From a bacterium (lineage in GTDB: Bacteria > Patescibacteriota > Minisyncoccia > Minisyncoccales > GWA2-38-27), in assembly GCA_029553225.1 (NCBI GenBank), contig JAKPCP010000060.1, positions 1-59,696 of the forward strand: a DNA stretch of 59,696 nucleotides, read 5' to 3'. The notes under the pieces were generated by a model that saw nothing but the letters and a program-made list of their open reading frames with translations, ran no database searches and was not told the origin of the DNA. A program made the translations under genes and the position numbers. Of this stretch, positions 52,192-59,696 are shown piece after piece; positions within the stretch are counted from its first letter, which is position 1; each line of letters begins with the position of its first letter.

Positions 52192-52703
52192 CTTTTTTTT
52201 ATTATTTTTTTAAATAAAGATTCTATAATAAAACCGCTTAAAATTCCAATAATCGCTCCTACTAAAATATCAGATAAAAAATGCACTCCTGTAAAAACTC
52301 TTGCCAAAGAAATTAAAAAACTTGATAAAAAAAATAATAAACCTGCTTTTTTATTATATAAAAAAACTATCGCAGAGATAGCAAAATAAAAAGCAGCATG
52401 TCCTGAAGGAAAAGAACCAGTATCTTTATGAAAAATAAGTAAATTTACACTATTATTAATAAAAGGTCTTGGGCGATACCAAAAAAATCTTATTATTTCA
52501 ACAATAACAAACCTGCTTAAAAAAGCAGATATTAATGATAAAAGAACCATTTTAAAATATTTCCTAAAATCTATTATTAGAAAAAATATTAAAATTAAAA
52601 TTAAAATTGTTCCTAAATGCTCAGCGCAAAAAATTCCAAATGTATCTAAAGATAAAGATTTTCCGGTAAATTGGTTTATTGTTTTAAAAAGATATAAATC
52701 CAT
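52176..52703 (-). CDS. PAP2-family phosphatase (undecaprenyl-diphosphatase BcrC-like)
   Basis: KxxxxxxRP, PSGH and SRxxxGVHxxSD motifs (WYRPRP, FPSGHA, LARVFTGVHFLSD). Confidence 0.8.
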   Translation of the reverse strand: MDLYLFKTINQFTGKSLSLDTFGIFCAEHLGTILILILIFFLIIDFRKYFKMVLLSLISAFLSRFVIVEIIRFFWYRPRPFINNSVNLLIFHKDTGSFPSGHAAFYFAISAIVFLYNKKAGLLFFLSSFLISLARVFTGVHFLSDILVGAIIGILSGFIIESLFKKIIKKRERII

Positions 52704-53533
52704 TATTTTTTATTTAGTTCTATTAAATTTTCAATTAAACAAGCTACGGTTAAAGGACCTACTCCATGAGGAGTTGGAGTGATAAATTTAACTTTTTTTG
52801 AAACGCTTTTTATATCGGCATCTCCAATTATTTTCTTATTTTTAAAAGAAGTGCCAATATCAATTATAGTTACCTCATTTTTAATCATATAACCTTTAAT
52901 TAACGCTGCTTTTCCAACACCAGAAATTATAATATCCGCATTTTTGGTAAAATAAGAAATGCTTTTAGTAAATTCATTAATCACTGAAATTGTTGCTTTT
53001 TTTTGAAGCAACCAAATAGATAGAGGAAAACCAACTAATTTTCCAGACCCAATAATTAAAATTTTCTTTCCCTTAAGAGTTATTTTATACTTTTTAAAAA
53101 GATAAAAAACCGCATTAACCGTTGGTGGCAAAATTTTTAAACTTCCGGTATAAAATTTTCCTAAATTTGTTTCTGATAAAACATCGACATCTTTAAGAGG
53201 AGGAATAATATTTAAAAGTTCCTGTTCTTTATCTTTAAATTTTTTAGGAAGAGGCAATTGAATTATTATTCCTGAATTTAAATTATTTTTACAGATTTTT
53301 TCAATTTCATTTTTTAATTTATTAAAACTAATATTTTCGCTAAATTTAATTAATTCAAAATTTATTCCAACCTTCTGACAAGCTTTTTCTTTTTGGCGAA
53401 TAAATATTTCTGAAGCAGAATTTTTACCAACTAAAATAGCAACTAATTTTAAAGATAAATTATTTTTTCTTACTTCTTTTTTTAAATTTTCTAAAATTTT
53501 ATCTGCTATTTTTTTTCCTTCTAATAAAATCAT
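52703..53533 (-). CDS. folD: Bifunctional methylenetetrahydrofolate dehydrogenase/cyclohydrolase
   Basis: GIIIQLPLP, GSGKLVG, PHGVGPLT motifs. Confidence 0.9.
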   Translation of the reverse strand: MILLEGKKIADKILENLKKEVRKNNLSLKLVAILVGKNSASEIFIRQKEKACQKVGINFELIKFSENISFNKLKNEIEKICKNNLNSGIIIQLPLPKKFKDKEQELLNIIPPLKDVDVLSETNLGKFYTGSLKILPPTVNAVFYLFKKYKITLKGKKILIIGSGKLVGFPLSIWLLQKKATISVINEFTKSISYFTKNADIIISGVGKAALIKGYMIKNEVTIIDIGTSFKNKKIIGDADIKSVSKKVKFITPTPHGVGPLTVACLIENLIELNKK

Positions 53534-54771
53534 GGTAATGGAAATTTTTTACAAAAATTTTTAATTTCTTTTCTAATTTTTTTTACTGATTTTTTATTAG
53601 AAATTACTTCATTAACCCAAAAAGCGATTTTTTTCATTTCTTTTTCTTTCATTTTTCTAGTGGTCAAAGCTGGAGTGCCTAATCTTATTCCAGAAGGATT
53701 AAAAGGAGGGTTAGGATCATAAGGAATTTCATTTTTATTAACTATTATTCCTGCTTCTTCTAATAAATTTTGAGCATCCTTTCCGGAAATATTTTTATTT
53801 CGCAAATCAATTAAAATTAAATGATTATCAGTGCCACCAGTTAATAAATTAAAATTATATTTTTTAAGTTCAGACGCTAAAATTTTACAATTTTTTACTA
53901 TTTGTTTAGCATAACTTTTAAAAGAAGGATTTAATGCTTCTTTTAAACAAACAGCAATTGCCGCAATATTGTTCATATGAGGGCCTCCCTGAAGACCCGG
54001 AAAAACAGATTTATCTATTTTTTGAGGTAAATCTTTGTCTTTTTTAATTCCTTTCTCAGTTACCATTATCATTGCTCCTCTTGGACCTCTTAATGTTTTA
54101 TGAGTAGTAGTTGTTATAATATCAACAAAAGGAACTGGTGAAGGATGAACATTGGAAACAACTAAACCTGCAATATGAGAAATATCAGCCACTAAATAAG
54201 CATTTATTTTTTTAGCAATATAACTAAATTTTTCCCAATCAAAAATTCGAGGATAAGCAGTTGCTCCAACAAAAATAAGTCTTGGCTTCTCTTTTAAAGC
54301 TAATTTTTCAACTTCTTTGTAATCGATTAATTTTGTTTTTTCATCAACTTTATATTGAATAGAATTAAAAATTTTTCCAGAAAAATTTACCTTCCACCCA
54401 TGAGTTAAATGCCCGCCATAAGGTAAACCCATTCCCATTATTTTTTCATAAGGCCTTAAAAGAGCAAAATAAACTGCTTGGTTTGCAGAAGACCCAGAAT
54501 AGGGCTGAACATTAACATAAGGAACTTTAAATAATTTCTTTGCTCTTTCTCTGCATAAATTCTCAATTTCATCGTAATATTTCAATCCAGCATAATATCT
54601 TTTTTGAGGATAACCTTCTGCATATTTGTCTGTTAAAACCGAACCTAAAGCTTCTCTTACTGCTTGAGAACTATAATTTTCAGAAGGAATCATATTTAAA
54701 GTTGTTTTTTGCCTTTCTTCTTCCTTTTTTAAAAGATTAAAAATCTTTGGATCTGTTTTTTTTAAAAACAT
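53530..54771 (-). CDS. glyA: Serine hydroxymethyltransferase
   Basis: LNMIPSENY, TTTTHKTLRGPRG (PLP Lys) and GGPH motifs. Confidence 0.95.
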   Translation of the reverse strand: MFLKKTDPKIFNLLKKEEERQKTTLNMIPSENYSSQAVREALGSVLTDKYAEGYPQKRYYAGLKYYDEIENLCRERAKKLFKVPYVNVQPYSGSSANQAVYFALLRPYEKIMGMGLPYGGHLTHGWKVNFSGKIFNSIQYKVDEKTKLIDYKEVEKLALKEKPRLIFVGATAYPRIFDWEKFSYIAKKINAYLVADISHIAGLVVSNVHPSPVPFVDIITTTTHKTLRGPRGAMIMVTEKGIKKDKDLPQKIDKSVFPGLQGGPHMNNIAAIAVCLKEALNPSFKSYAKQIVKNCKILASELKKYNFNLLTGGTDNHLILIDLRNKNISGKDAQNLLEEAGIIVNKNEIPYDPNPPFNPSGIRLGTPALTTRKMKEKEMKKIAFWVNEVISNKKSVKKIRKEIKNFCKKFPLP

Positions 54772-54780
54772 AAAATTTAA

Positions 54781-55377
54781 TTATCTTTTTTTAATTATTA
54801 TTTTTTCTTTTGTTAAGTCAATAATTTGAGAAGGCCTGCTTTTTGAAAGATTACCACTATCTATAACAATATCAGGCTTTATTTTTTGTTTTTCAAATTG
54901 TTTTAAAACTTTTTTTATTTCAGTTGAAGCAGGTTTTTGAGAGATATTAGCAGAAGTTGCAGTTAAAGGTTTTCTTGTTTTATCAAGCAATAAATTTATT
55001 AACTTATTATCTATTATTCTAATTCCAATTGTTTTTTCTTTTCCAAATAAAATTTTTAGCAAATTACTTTTTTTTCTTTTCAAAATAAAAGTGTTTTTTT
55101 TATTTAAATTATTTTTAATAAATTCTTCTTGTTCTTTATTTATAAAAGCATATTTTTTTGCCATTCTTAAATCTTTTACAAATACAGATATTGCTTTTTC
55201 TTTCCTTCTTTTCTTTATTTTAAAAATTTTCTTAACTGATTTTTCATTTGTTGCGTCACAGATTAAACCATAAACTGTATCCGTAGGGCAAATTAAAACT
55301 TTCCCCTCTTTTATCGCTTTAGCTAATTTTTCTATTAGTTTTTCAAAATTATCTTCATTAAGTTTTAAAATTTCCAT
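54781..55377 (-). CDS. tsaC: L-threonylcarbamoyladenylate synthase (TsaC/YrdC/Sua5 family)
   Basis: PTDTVYGL, TSANISQKP and PSQIIDL motifs. Confidence 0.8.
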   Translation of the reverse strand: MEILKLNEDNFEKLIEKLAKAIKEGKVLICPTDTVYGLICDATNEKSVKKIFKIKKRRKEKAISVFVKDLRMAKKYAFINKEQEEFIKNNLNKKNTFILKRKKSNLLKILFGKEKTIGIRIIDNKLINLLLDKTRKPLTATSANISQKPASTEIKKVLKQFEKQKIKPDIVIDSGNLSKSRPSQIIDLTKEKIIIKKR

Positions 55378-55381
55378 TATT

Positions 55382-56101
55382 TTATTTTTTTTCTTTAATA
55401 AATTTAGAAAACATTAAAATATCAGAAGGATTACCAAAATCTAACCAATAATCTTGAAGTACTTTTATTTTCACTTTTTTTTCTTTTGCTAATAAGGTTA
55501 TCACATCTGTAATTTCATATTCGCCTCTTGAAGATTTTTTAATTTCTGAAAGTTTATCAAAAACTTCGGGAGTAAATTTATACAAACCAGCATTAATTAA
55601 ATCCCCTACTTTCTCTTTTGGTTTTTCAACAATTTCTTTTAAAAATCCATTCTTATTAATTAAAACTCCGTATTTCTCCGGATGAGAATGTCTTATTGCG
55701 GCAATATAATTATATTTTTTATCATTTCTCATTTCTTTTAAGTCTCTTACTGAATAAAAATTATCACCGCAAACAAATAAAAATTGCTCATTTTTTAAAA
55801 TATCTCTTACACACATTAAAGGACACGCTGTTCCATATATTTTTTCTTTTGGGCCTAAAATTTCAAATTGATTTACTATATTCACCTTGTAATTAAATTC
55901 TTTTATAAATTCTCTCATTTTTTCTTCTTTATAACCAACAACTAAAATTATCTCATCAAAACCAGCTTCTATAAGATTATCTAATAAATAAGAAAGAAAT
56001 GGTTTTTTTCCAACTTTTATTAAATGTTTACTTTTGTTTTTTGTTATGTGAAGCATTCTCGTTCCCTGGCCTGCTGCTGCAATAACAACTTTTTTAATCA
56101 T
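55382..56101 (-). CDS. Sugar-phosphate nucleotidyltransferase
   Basis: AAGQGTRM signature. 239 aa, Rossmann-type NTP-transferase layout. Confidence 0.75.
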   Translation of the reverse strand: MIKKVVIAAAGQGTRMLHITKNKSKHLIKVGKKPFLSYLLDNLIEAGFDEIILVVGYKEEKMREFIKEFNYKVNIVNQFEILGPKEKIYGTACPLMCVRDILKNEQFLFVCGDNFYSVRDLKEMRNDKKYNYIAAIRHSHPEKYGVLINKNGFLKEIVEKPKEKVGDLINAGLYKFTPEVFDKLSEIKKSSRGEYEITDVITLLAKEKKVKIKVLQDYWLDFGNPSDILMFSKFIKEKK

Positions 56102-56172
56102 ATTTTAAAATTTTATTTATAAAAATATTTAAAAATTTCTTTCTATAAATTAAAATAAAATATTGTTTTAGA

Positions 56173-58584
56173 TTAAACTACAAAATTTATTAATTTATTA
56201 GGCACAAAAATTATTTTTTTGATATCTTTATTATCAATCCATTTCTTAATTTTATCTTGTGATAAAGCAATTTTTTTTGCTTCTTCTTCCGAGATATTAT
56301 ACTCTACTTCTATTTTATCACGAACTTTTCCATTTACTTGAATAATAAAAGTAGTTTTTTCTTCTTTAATATATAAAGAATTATATTTTGGCCATTTGTA
56401 AAAGAAAATACTTTTTTTATTTCCTAATTTTTGCCAAAGCTCTTCTGATAAATGAGGAGCAAAAGGAGATAAAAGAATTAAAAAAGCAGAAAAATGTTTT
56501 ATATCTATTTCTTTTTCTTTTTCCATTTTATTTAAAAGCACCATTAAACTTGATATAGCTGTATTAAATCGAAAATTCTCTATATCTTCTTCAACTTTTT
56601 TAATTGTTAAATGAAGTAATTTTTCTAATTCTTTATTTTTTGTTTTTACTTTTTTAACTTTATCTGAAGCATTATAAACTCTTTCCAAAAACCTCCTTAC
56701 TCCTTTTATTCCTTTTGTTTGCCAAGTAACTGGCTGATCAAAAGGACCCATAAACATATGATAAACACGAAAAGAATCTGCTCCGTATTTTTTTATAACT
56801 TCATCCGGATTAACAACATTTCCTAATGATTTTGACATTTTTCTTCCATCCGAAGCTAAAATAAGCCCTTGGTTTCTTAATTTTAAAAACGGCTCTTTAA
56901 AATCTACAATTCCCTCATCATATAAAACTTTAATCCAAAATCTTGAATATAATAAATGAAGTACAGCATGCTCAACGCCTCCAACATAAAGATCAACAGG
57001 CAAAAAATATTTGCCTTTTCTATAATCAAAAATTTTTTTATTATTTTTAGGGTCAACATACCTCAAAAAATACCAGCAAGAACCTGCCCATTGAGGCATA
57101 GTATTTGTTTCTCTTTTTGCTGGTCCTTTACATTTTGGACATTTTGTATTTACCCACTTTTCAATTGTTGCTAGAGGAGATTCACCAGTACCTGAAGGCT
57201 GATATTTTTTTATTTTAGGTAATTTTAAAGGTAAATCTTTTTCAGATAATGGAACAATTCCACATTTATTACAATGAACAATAGGAATCGGCTCACCCCA
57301 ATATCTTTGTCGTGAAAAAATCCAATCTCTTAATTTATAATTTACTGTTTTTTTTGCCAAGTTCTTTTTTAACAACCATTCTCCTATTTTTTCTCTTGCT
57401 ACAAAAGATTTCATTCCATTAAAAATTCCTGAATTAATTAAAACTCCTTCTCCTTCATAAGCTTCTTTAATATCTGATTCTTTTTCTGGTTTTATTACTT
57501 TAATAAATTCTAAATCAAATTTTTTAGCAAAATCAAAATCTCTTTGATCATGATACGGCACTGCCATAACAGCGCCTGTTCCATAATAGCTTAATACATA
57601 GTCAGCAATAAAAATATCTATTTCTTTATTATTTGCTGGATTTATTGCTTTTATTCCCTCTAATTTTATTCCTCTTTTTTCTTTTACTTCGCTTATTCTT
57701 TCTCTTTCTGTTTTATTTATTGCTTCTTCAATATATTTTTTAACTAAATTATAATTTAAAATTTTATCTTTTAAATTATTAATTAAAGGATGTTCTGGAG
57801 ATAAAACTAAATAAGTGCATCCAAAAATAGTATCTAATCGTGTTGTAAAAACTTCAATATCTAAATTAGAATTTAAAACTTTAAATTTTATTTGCCACCC
57901 TTCTGATTTTCCTATCCAATTCTTCTGCATTGTTATTATTTTTTCAGGCCAATCAAGCCCATCTAAATCTTTTAAAAGGCGATCTGCATAAGCAGTAATT
58001 TTCAAAACCCATTGCCTTAAATTCTTTTTTACTACCTTTGTTCCGCATCTTTCACATTTGTCATCAATTACTTCTTCATTTGCTAATCCAGTTTTACACG
58101 AAGGGCAAAAATTTATAGGTAAAATCGCTTCATAAGCTAATCCTCTTTTAAACAAAAGTAAAAAAATCCATTGCGTCCATTTATAATAAGAAGGATCTGT
58201 AGTATTAATTTCTCTCGACCAATCATAAGAAAGGCCAATTGATTTTATTTGTTCTTTAAATCTTTTTATATTTTTTTTAGTTGAAATAGAAGGATGAACT
58301 CCGTTTTTTATGGCATAATTTTCTGCTGGTAATCCAAAAGCATCCCAACCCATCGGATGTAAAACATTATATCCTGAAAGACGTTTATAGTGAGATATAA
58401 TATCAGTAGCGACATAACCATGAGGATGCCCAACATGCAATCCCTCTCCAGAGGGATAAGGAAACATATCTAAACAATAAAACTTTTTCTTTTTAGAAAA
58501 ATCTTTTGCTTTAAAAATTTGATTTTTTTCCCAATAATTCTGCCATTTTTTCTCAATTTTTAAAGGATTATATTTATTTATCAT
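56173..58584 (-). CDS. leuS: Leucine--tRNA ligase
   Basis: PYPSGEGLHVGH (HIGH), KMSKSLGN and a CP1 editing insert. 803 aa. Confidence 0.95.
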   Translation of the reverse strand: MINKYNPLKIEKKWQNYWEKNQIFKAKDFSKKKKFYCLDMFPYPSGEGLHVGHPHGYVATDIISHYKRLSGYNVLHPMGWDAFGLPAENYAIKNGVHPSISTKKNIKRFKEQIKSIGLSYDWSREINTTDPSYYKWTQWIFLLLFKRGLAYEAILPINFCPSCKTGLANEEVIDDKCERCGTKVVKKNLRQWVLKITAYADRLLKDLDGLDWPEKIITMQKNWIGKSEGWQIKFKVLNSNLDIEVFTTRLDTIFGCTYLVLSPEHPLINNLKDKILNYNLVKKYIEEAINKTERERISEVKEKRGIKLEGIKAINPANNKEIDIFIADYVLSYYGTGAVMAVPYHDQRDFDFAKKFDLEFIKVIKPEKESDIKEAYEGEGVLINSGIFNGMKSFVAREKIGEWLLKKNLAKKTVNYKLRDWIFSRQRYWGEPIPIVHCNKCGIVPLSEKDLPLKLPKIKKYQPSGTGESPLATIEKWVNTKCPKCKGPAKRETNTMPQWAGSCWYFLRYVDPKNNKKIFDYRKGKYFLPVDLYVGGVEHAVLHLLYSRFWIKVLYDEGIVDFKEPFLKLRNQGLILASDGRKMSKSLGNVVNPDEVIKKYGADSFRVYHMFMGPFDQPVTWQTKGIKGVRRFLERVYNASDKVKKVKTKNKELEKLLHLTIKKVEEDIENFRFNTAISSLMVLLNKMEKEKEIDIKHFSAFLILLSPFAPHLSEELWQKLGNKKSIFFYKWPKYNSLYIKEEKTTFIIQVNGKVRDKIEVEYNISEEEAKKIALSQDKIKKWIDNKDIKKIIFVPNKLINFVV

Positions 58585-58654
58585 TTTATTAAAAATATTT
58601 TAATCTTTAATAATATCAAATGATTTTATTTTTTTCAATTTTTAGAAAATAAAA

Positions 58655-58679
58655 AAGGCTAAGTATAATACTTAGCCTT
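58655..58679 (-). terminator. Intrinsic terminator of the 79-aa orphan gene
   Basis: aaggctaagta-taa-tacttagcctt. Minus-strand T-run follows. Confidence 0.6.
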
Positions 58680-58691
58680 AAAAATTTTGTT

Positions 58692-58931
58692 CTAAGGTTT
58701 TTGTTTCTTAAATTTCAAAAAAAGCTTTCTTGCTTTTTTGTAATCAGTTCCGCCAAAAACAGTAGAAAAAACACCAATTCTTCCAAAACCGACATGTGAA
58801 TAAAATTTCATTCTTTTTTTCATTTTCTCGATCGCCTCAGAAAGAGTTCCCTTGCTAATTCCTAAAGGAACTTTATGATCATTTAAAGAAATTGAATAAA
58901 AAACAATTTGATACTGACCTTTTTTTCTCAT
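58692..58931 (-). CDS. Hypothetical basic 79-aa protein
   Basis: ATG 58931 (MRKKGQYQIVFY...) with GGAGG 9 nt upstream. The ORF-track start at 58952 overlaps the SD. Confidence 0.45.
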   Translation of the reverse strand: MRKKGQYQIVFYSISLNDHKVPLGISKGTLSEAIEKMKKRMKFYSHVGFGRIGVFSTVFGGTDYKKARKLFLKFKKQKP

Positions 58932-58986
58932 ATAAAAATTCCTCCAAAACATTAAAGTTTAAAATAATTTTAAAGAAACTAATTTA

Positions 58987-59014
58987 GTTATAACATTATA
59001 TTAAAATTTGTCAA
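58987..59014 (-). promoter_or_regulatory. Promoter (TTGACA-16-TATAAC)
   Basis: Minus strand: TGTTTGACAAATTTTAATATAATGTTATAAC. Directly follows the upstream terminator. Confidence 0.5.
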
Positions 59015-59024
59015 ACAATAAAAA

Positions 59025-59050
59025 CTCCAGCGGATAAAAATCCGCTGGAG
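59025..59050 (-). terminator. Intrinsic terminator of the 59088.. gene
   Basis: ctccagcgga-taaaaa-tccgctggag. Minus-strand TTTTT follows. Confidence 0.6.
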
Positions 59051-59087
59051 AAAAATTTTTGTTCTAAAATGTTACTTTGAATCAATT

Positions 59088-59696
59088 TTAAATAAATTCA
59101 AAACTAGAGAGTATTTTATTACAAATTTCAGTAACTTTTTCAACGCTTATTTCATTTTCAGTATCATAATCAGTATCAGCCAAAACAAAAACTTCAAATA
59201 TCTTATTATCTTTTATAAAAACAATACGATAGTGTTTAGAAATTCCTATTCCTTCTTCAACCGTTCTTATTGCTGGAATTCCTCCTATTTCAAAATTTGG
59301 TCTATCTAGATTATATTCTTCAGGTATAAAAGAATTCTTTTTAAGCCAATCTATTACAGATGGAGTAATAACATCTGTTTCTCCTGGAAGCGAAAAAAGA
59401 GTCCAATCTTGATAATGACGGATTATAATATACCATTGATTATTTTTAGTAAAAGAGATATCGTCATCATCTGAACTGGCTACCCAACCGCTTGGTTTTG
59501 CTCTATTATAAAAATCTTGAGGTACTTTTAAGCGATAATTATGTTTTGTATTTGTATAAGTTTTCCAATTATTTATATTTGCATAATTCCTCCAATCAGC
59601 ATCTTCTGTGACACTTGAAGAAGTGGGCAATCTGAAATCATAATCTTCTTCAAATCTTTGGCTATCTTCATTCCATTCAAAAACTCGTCTTGCAAC
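59088..59696 (-). CDS. Hypothetical protein, 5'-partial (open to the window end)
   Basis: The ORF-track start at 59630 is a TTG. The frame stays open upstream (VARRVFEWNEDSQRFEEDYDFRLPTSS...). No motif recognised. Confidence 0.5.
   Translation of the reverse strand, partial: VARRVFEWNEDSQRFEEDYDFRLPTSSSVTEDADWRNYANINNWKTYTNTKHNYRLKVPQDFYNRAKPSGWVASSDDDDISFTKNNQWYIIIRHYQDWTLFSLPGETDVITPSVIDWLKKNSFIPEEYNLDRPNFEIGGIPAIRTVEEGIGISKHYRIVFIKDNKIFEVFVLADTDYDTENEISVEKVTEICNKILSSFEFI

Noticed and set aside
52138-52389. An 83-aa plus-strand ORF downstream of the small basic gene.
   Set aside because: It lies antisense to the PAP2 phosphatase gene, whose motifs are clear. The plus-strand terminator at 52168-52200 precedes most of it.
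58680-59066. Recurrence of aaaattttgttctaa-like strings at about 58681-58696 and about 59053-59068, next to two terminators.
   Set aside because: The match is short, AT-rich and has an indel. One copy is coding (the C-terminus of the 79-aa ORF) and the other is intergenic. It is most likely chance.
1-59696. A search for CRISPR arrays, rRNA genes, IS elements, integrases, retrons, DGRs and long tandem repeats.
   Set aside because: I found no regularly spaced direct repeats, no transposase-, integrase- or reverse-transcriptase-like ORFs, and no rRNA-like GC-rich blocks by eye. The only notable repeats are the 70-bp pair at 5895/6902 and the 12-mer tandem at 37566-37589. An automated repeat finder should confirm this.

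Overview
This is a very AT-rich, tightly packed bacterial chromosome segment with about 57 credible protein genes and 3 tRNAs. I found no rRNA, CRISPR array, transposase or integrase. Most of it is core housekeeping, mainly on the minus strand: dnaX, cysS, uvrB-uvrA-uvrC, dnaB-recR, rplU, rmuC, the dcw head (mraZ-rsmH-ftsL-ftsI), alaS, tpiA, secY-adk-map, hisS, lepB, pth-dprA-topA, folD-glyA and leuS. There are also sugar-handling genes (three GH130 modules, PGI/PMI, GalT, GT2, a nucleotidyltransferase) and an AmmeMemoRadiSam triad. Several proteins are domain-trimmed (UvrB, UvrC, AlaRS, DnaX). Together with the composition, this suggests a reduced-genome lineage such as Patescibacteria/CPR, which is an inference. 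The accessory part is the left ~7 kb. It holds a Type III-like mod/res operon with a 370-aa HEPN-like (R-x4-H) gene wedged between mod and res, which is the best candidate for an undescribed system. The same region has a separate PD-(D/E)xK gene downstream of res, a truncated radC, and 70-bp direct repeats carrying a pseudo tRNA-Gln 3' half beside the real tRNA-Gln. Other items worth a second look:
- an ATP-cone/PD-(D/E)xK fusion protein
- a membrane-anchored Clp-like ATPase with a degenerate first Walker A
- a Mur-ligase relic in the dcw cluster
- a thioredoxin-like protein without CxxC
- an unlisted 45-aa zinc-ribbon gene
- small orphan genes with near-consensus promoters, including a divergent cassette with a Phe-rich 21-codon upstream ORF

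All calls come from reading motifs by eye; no database search was run.
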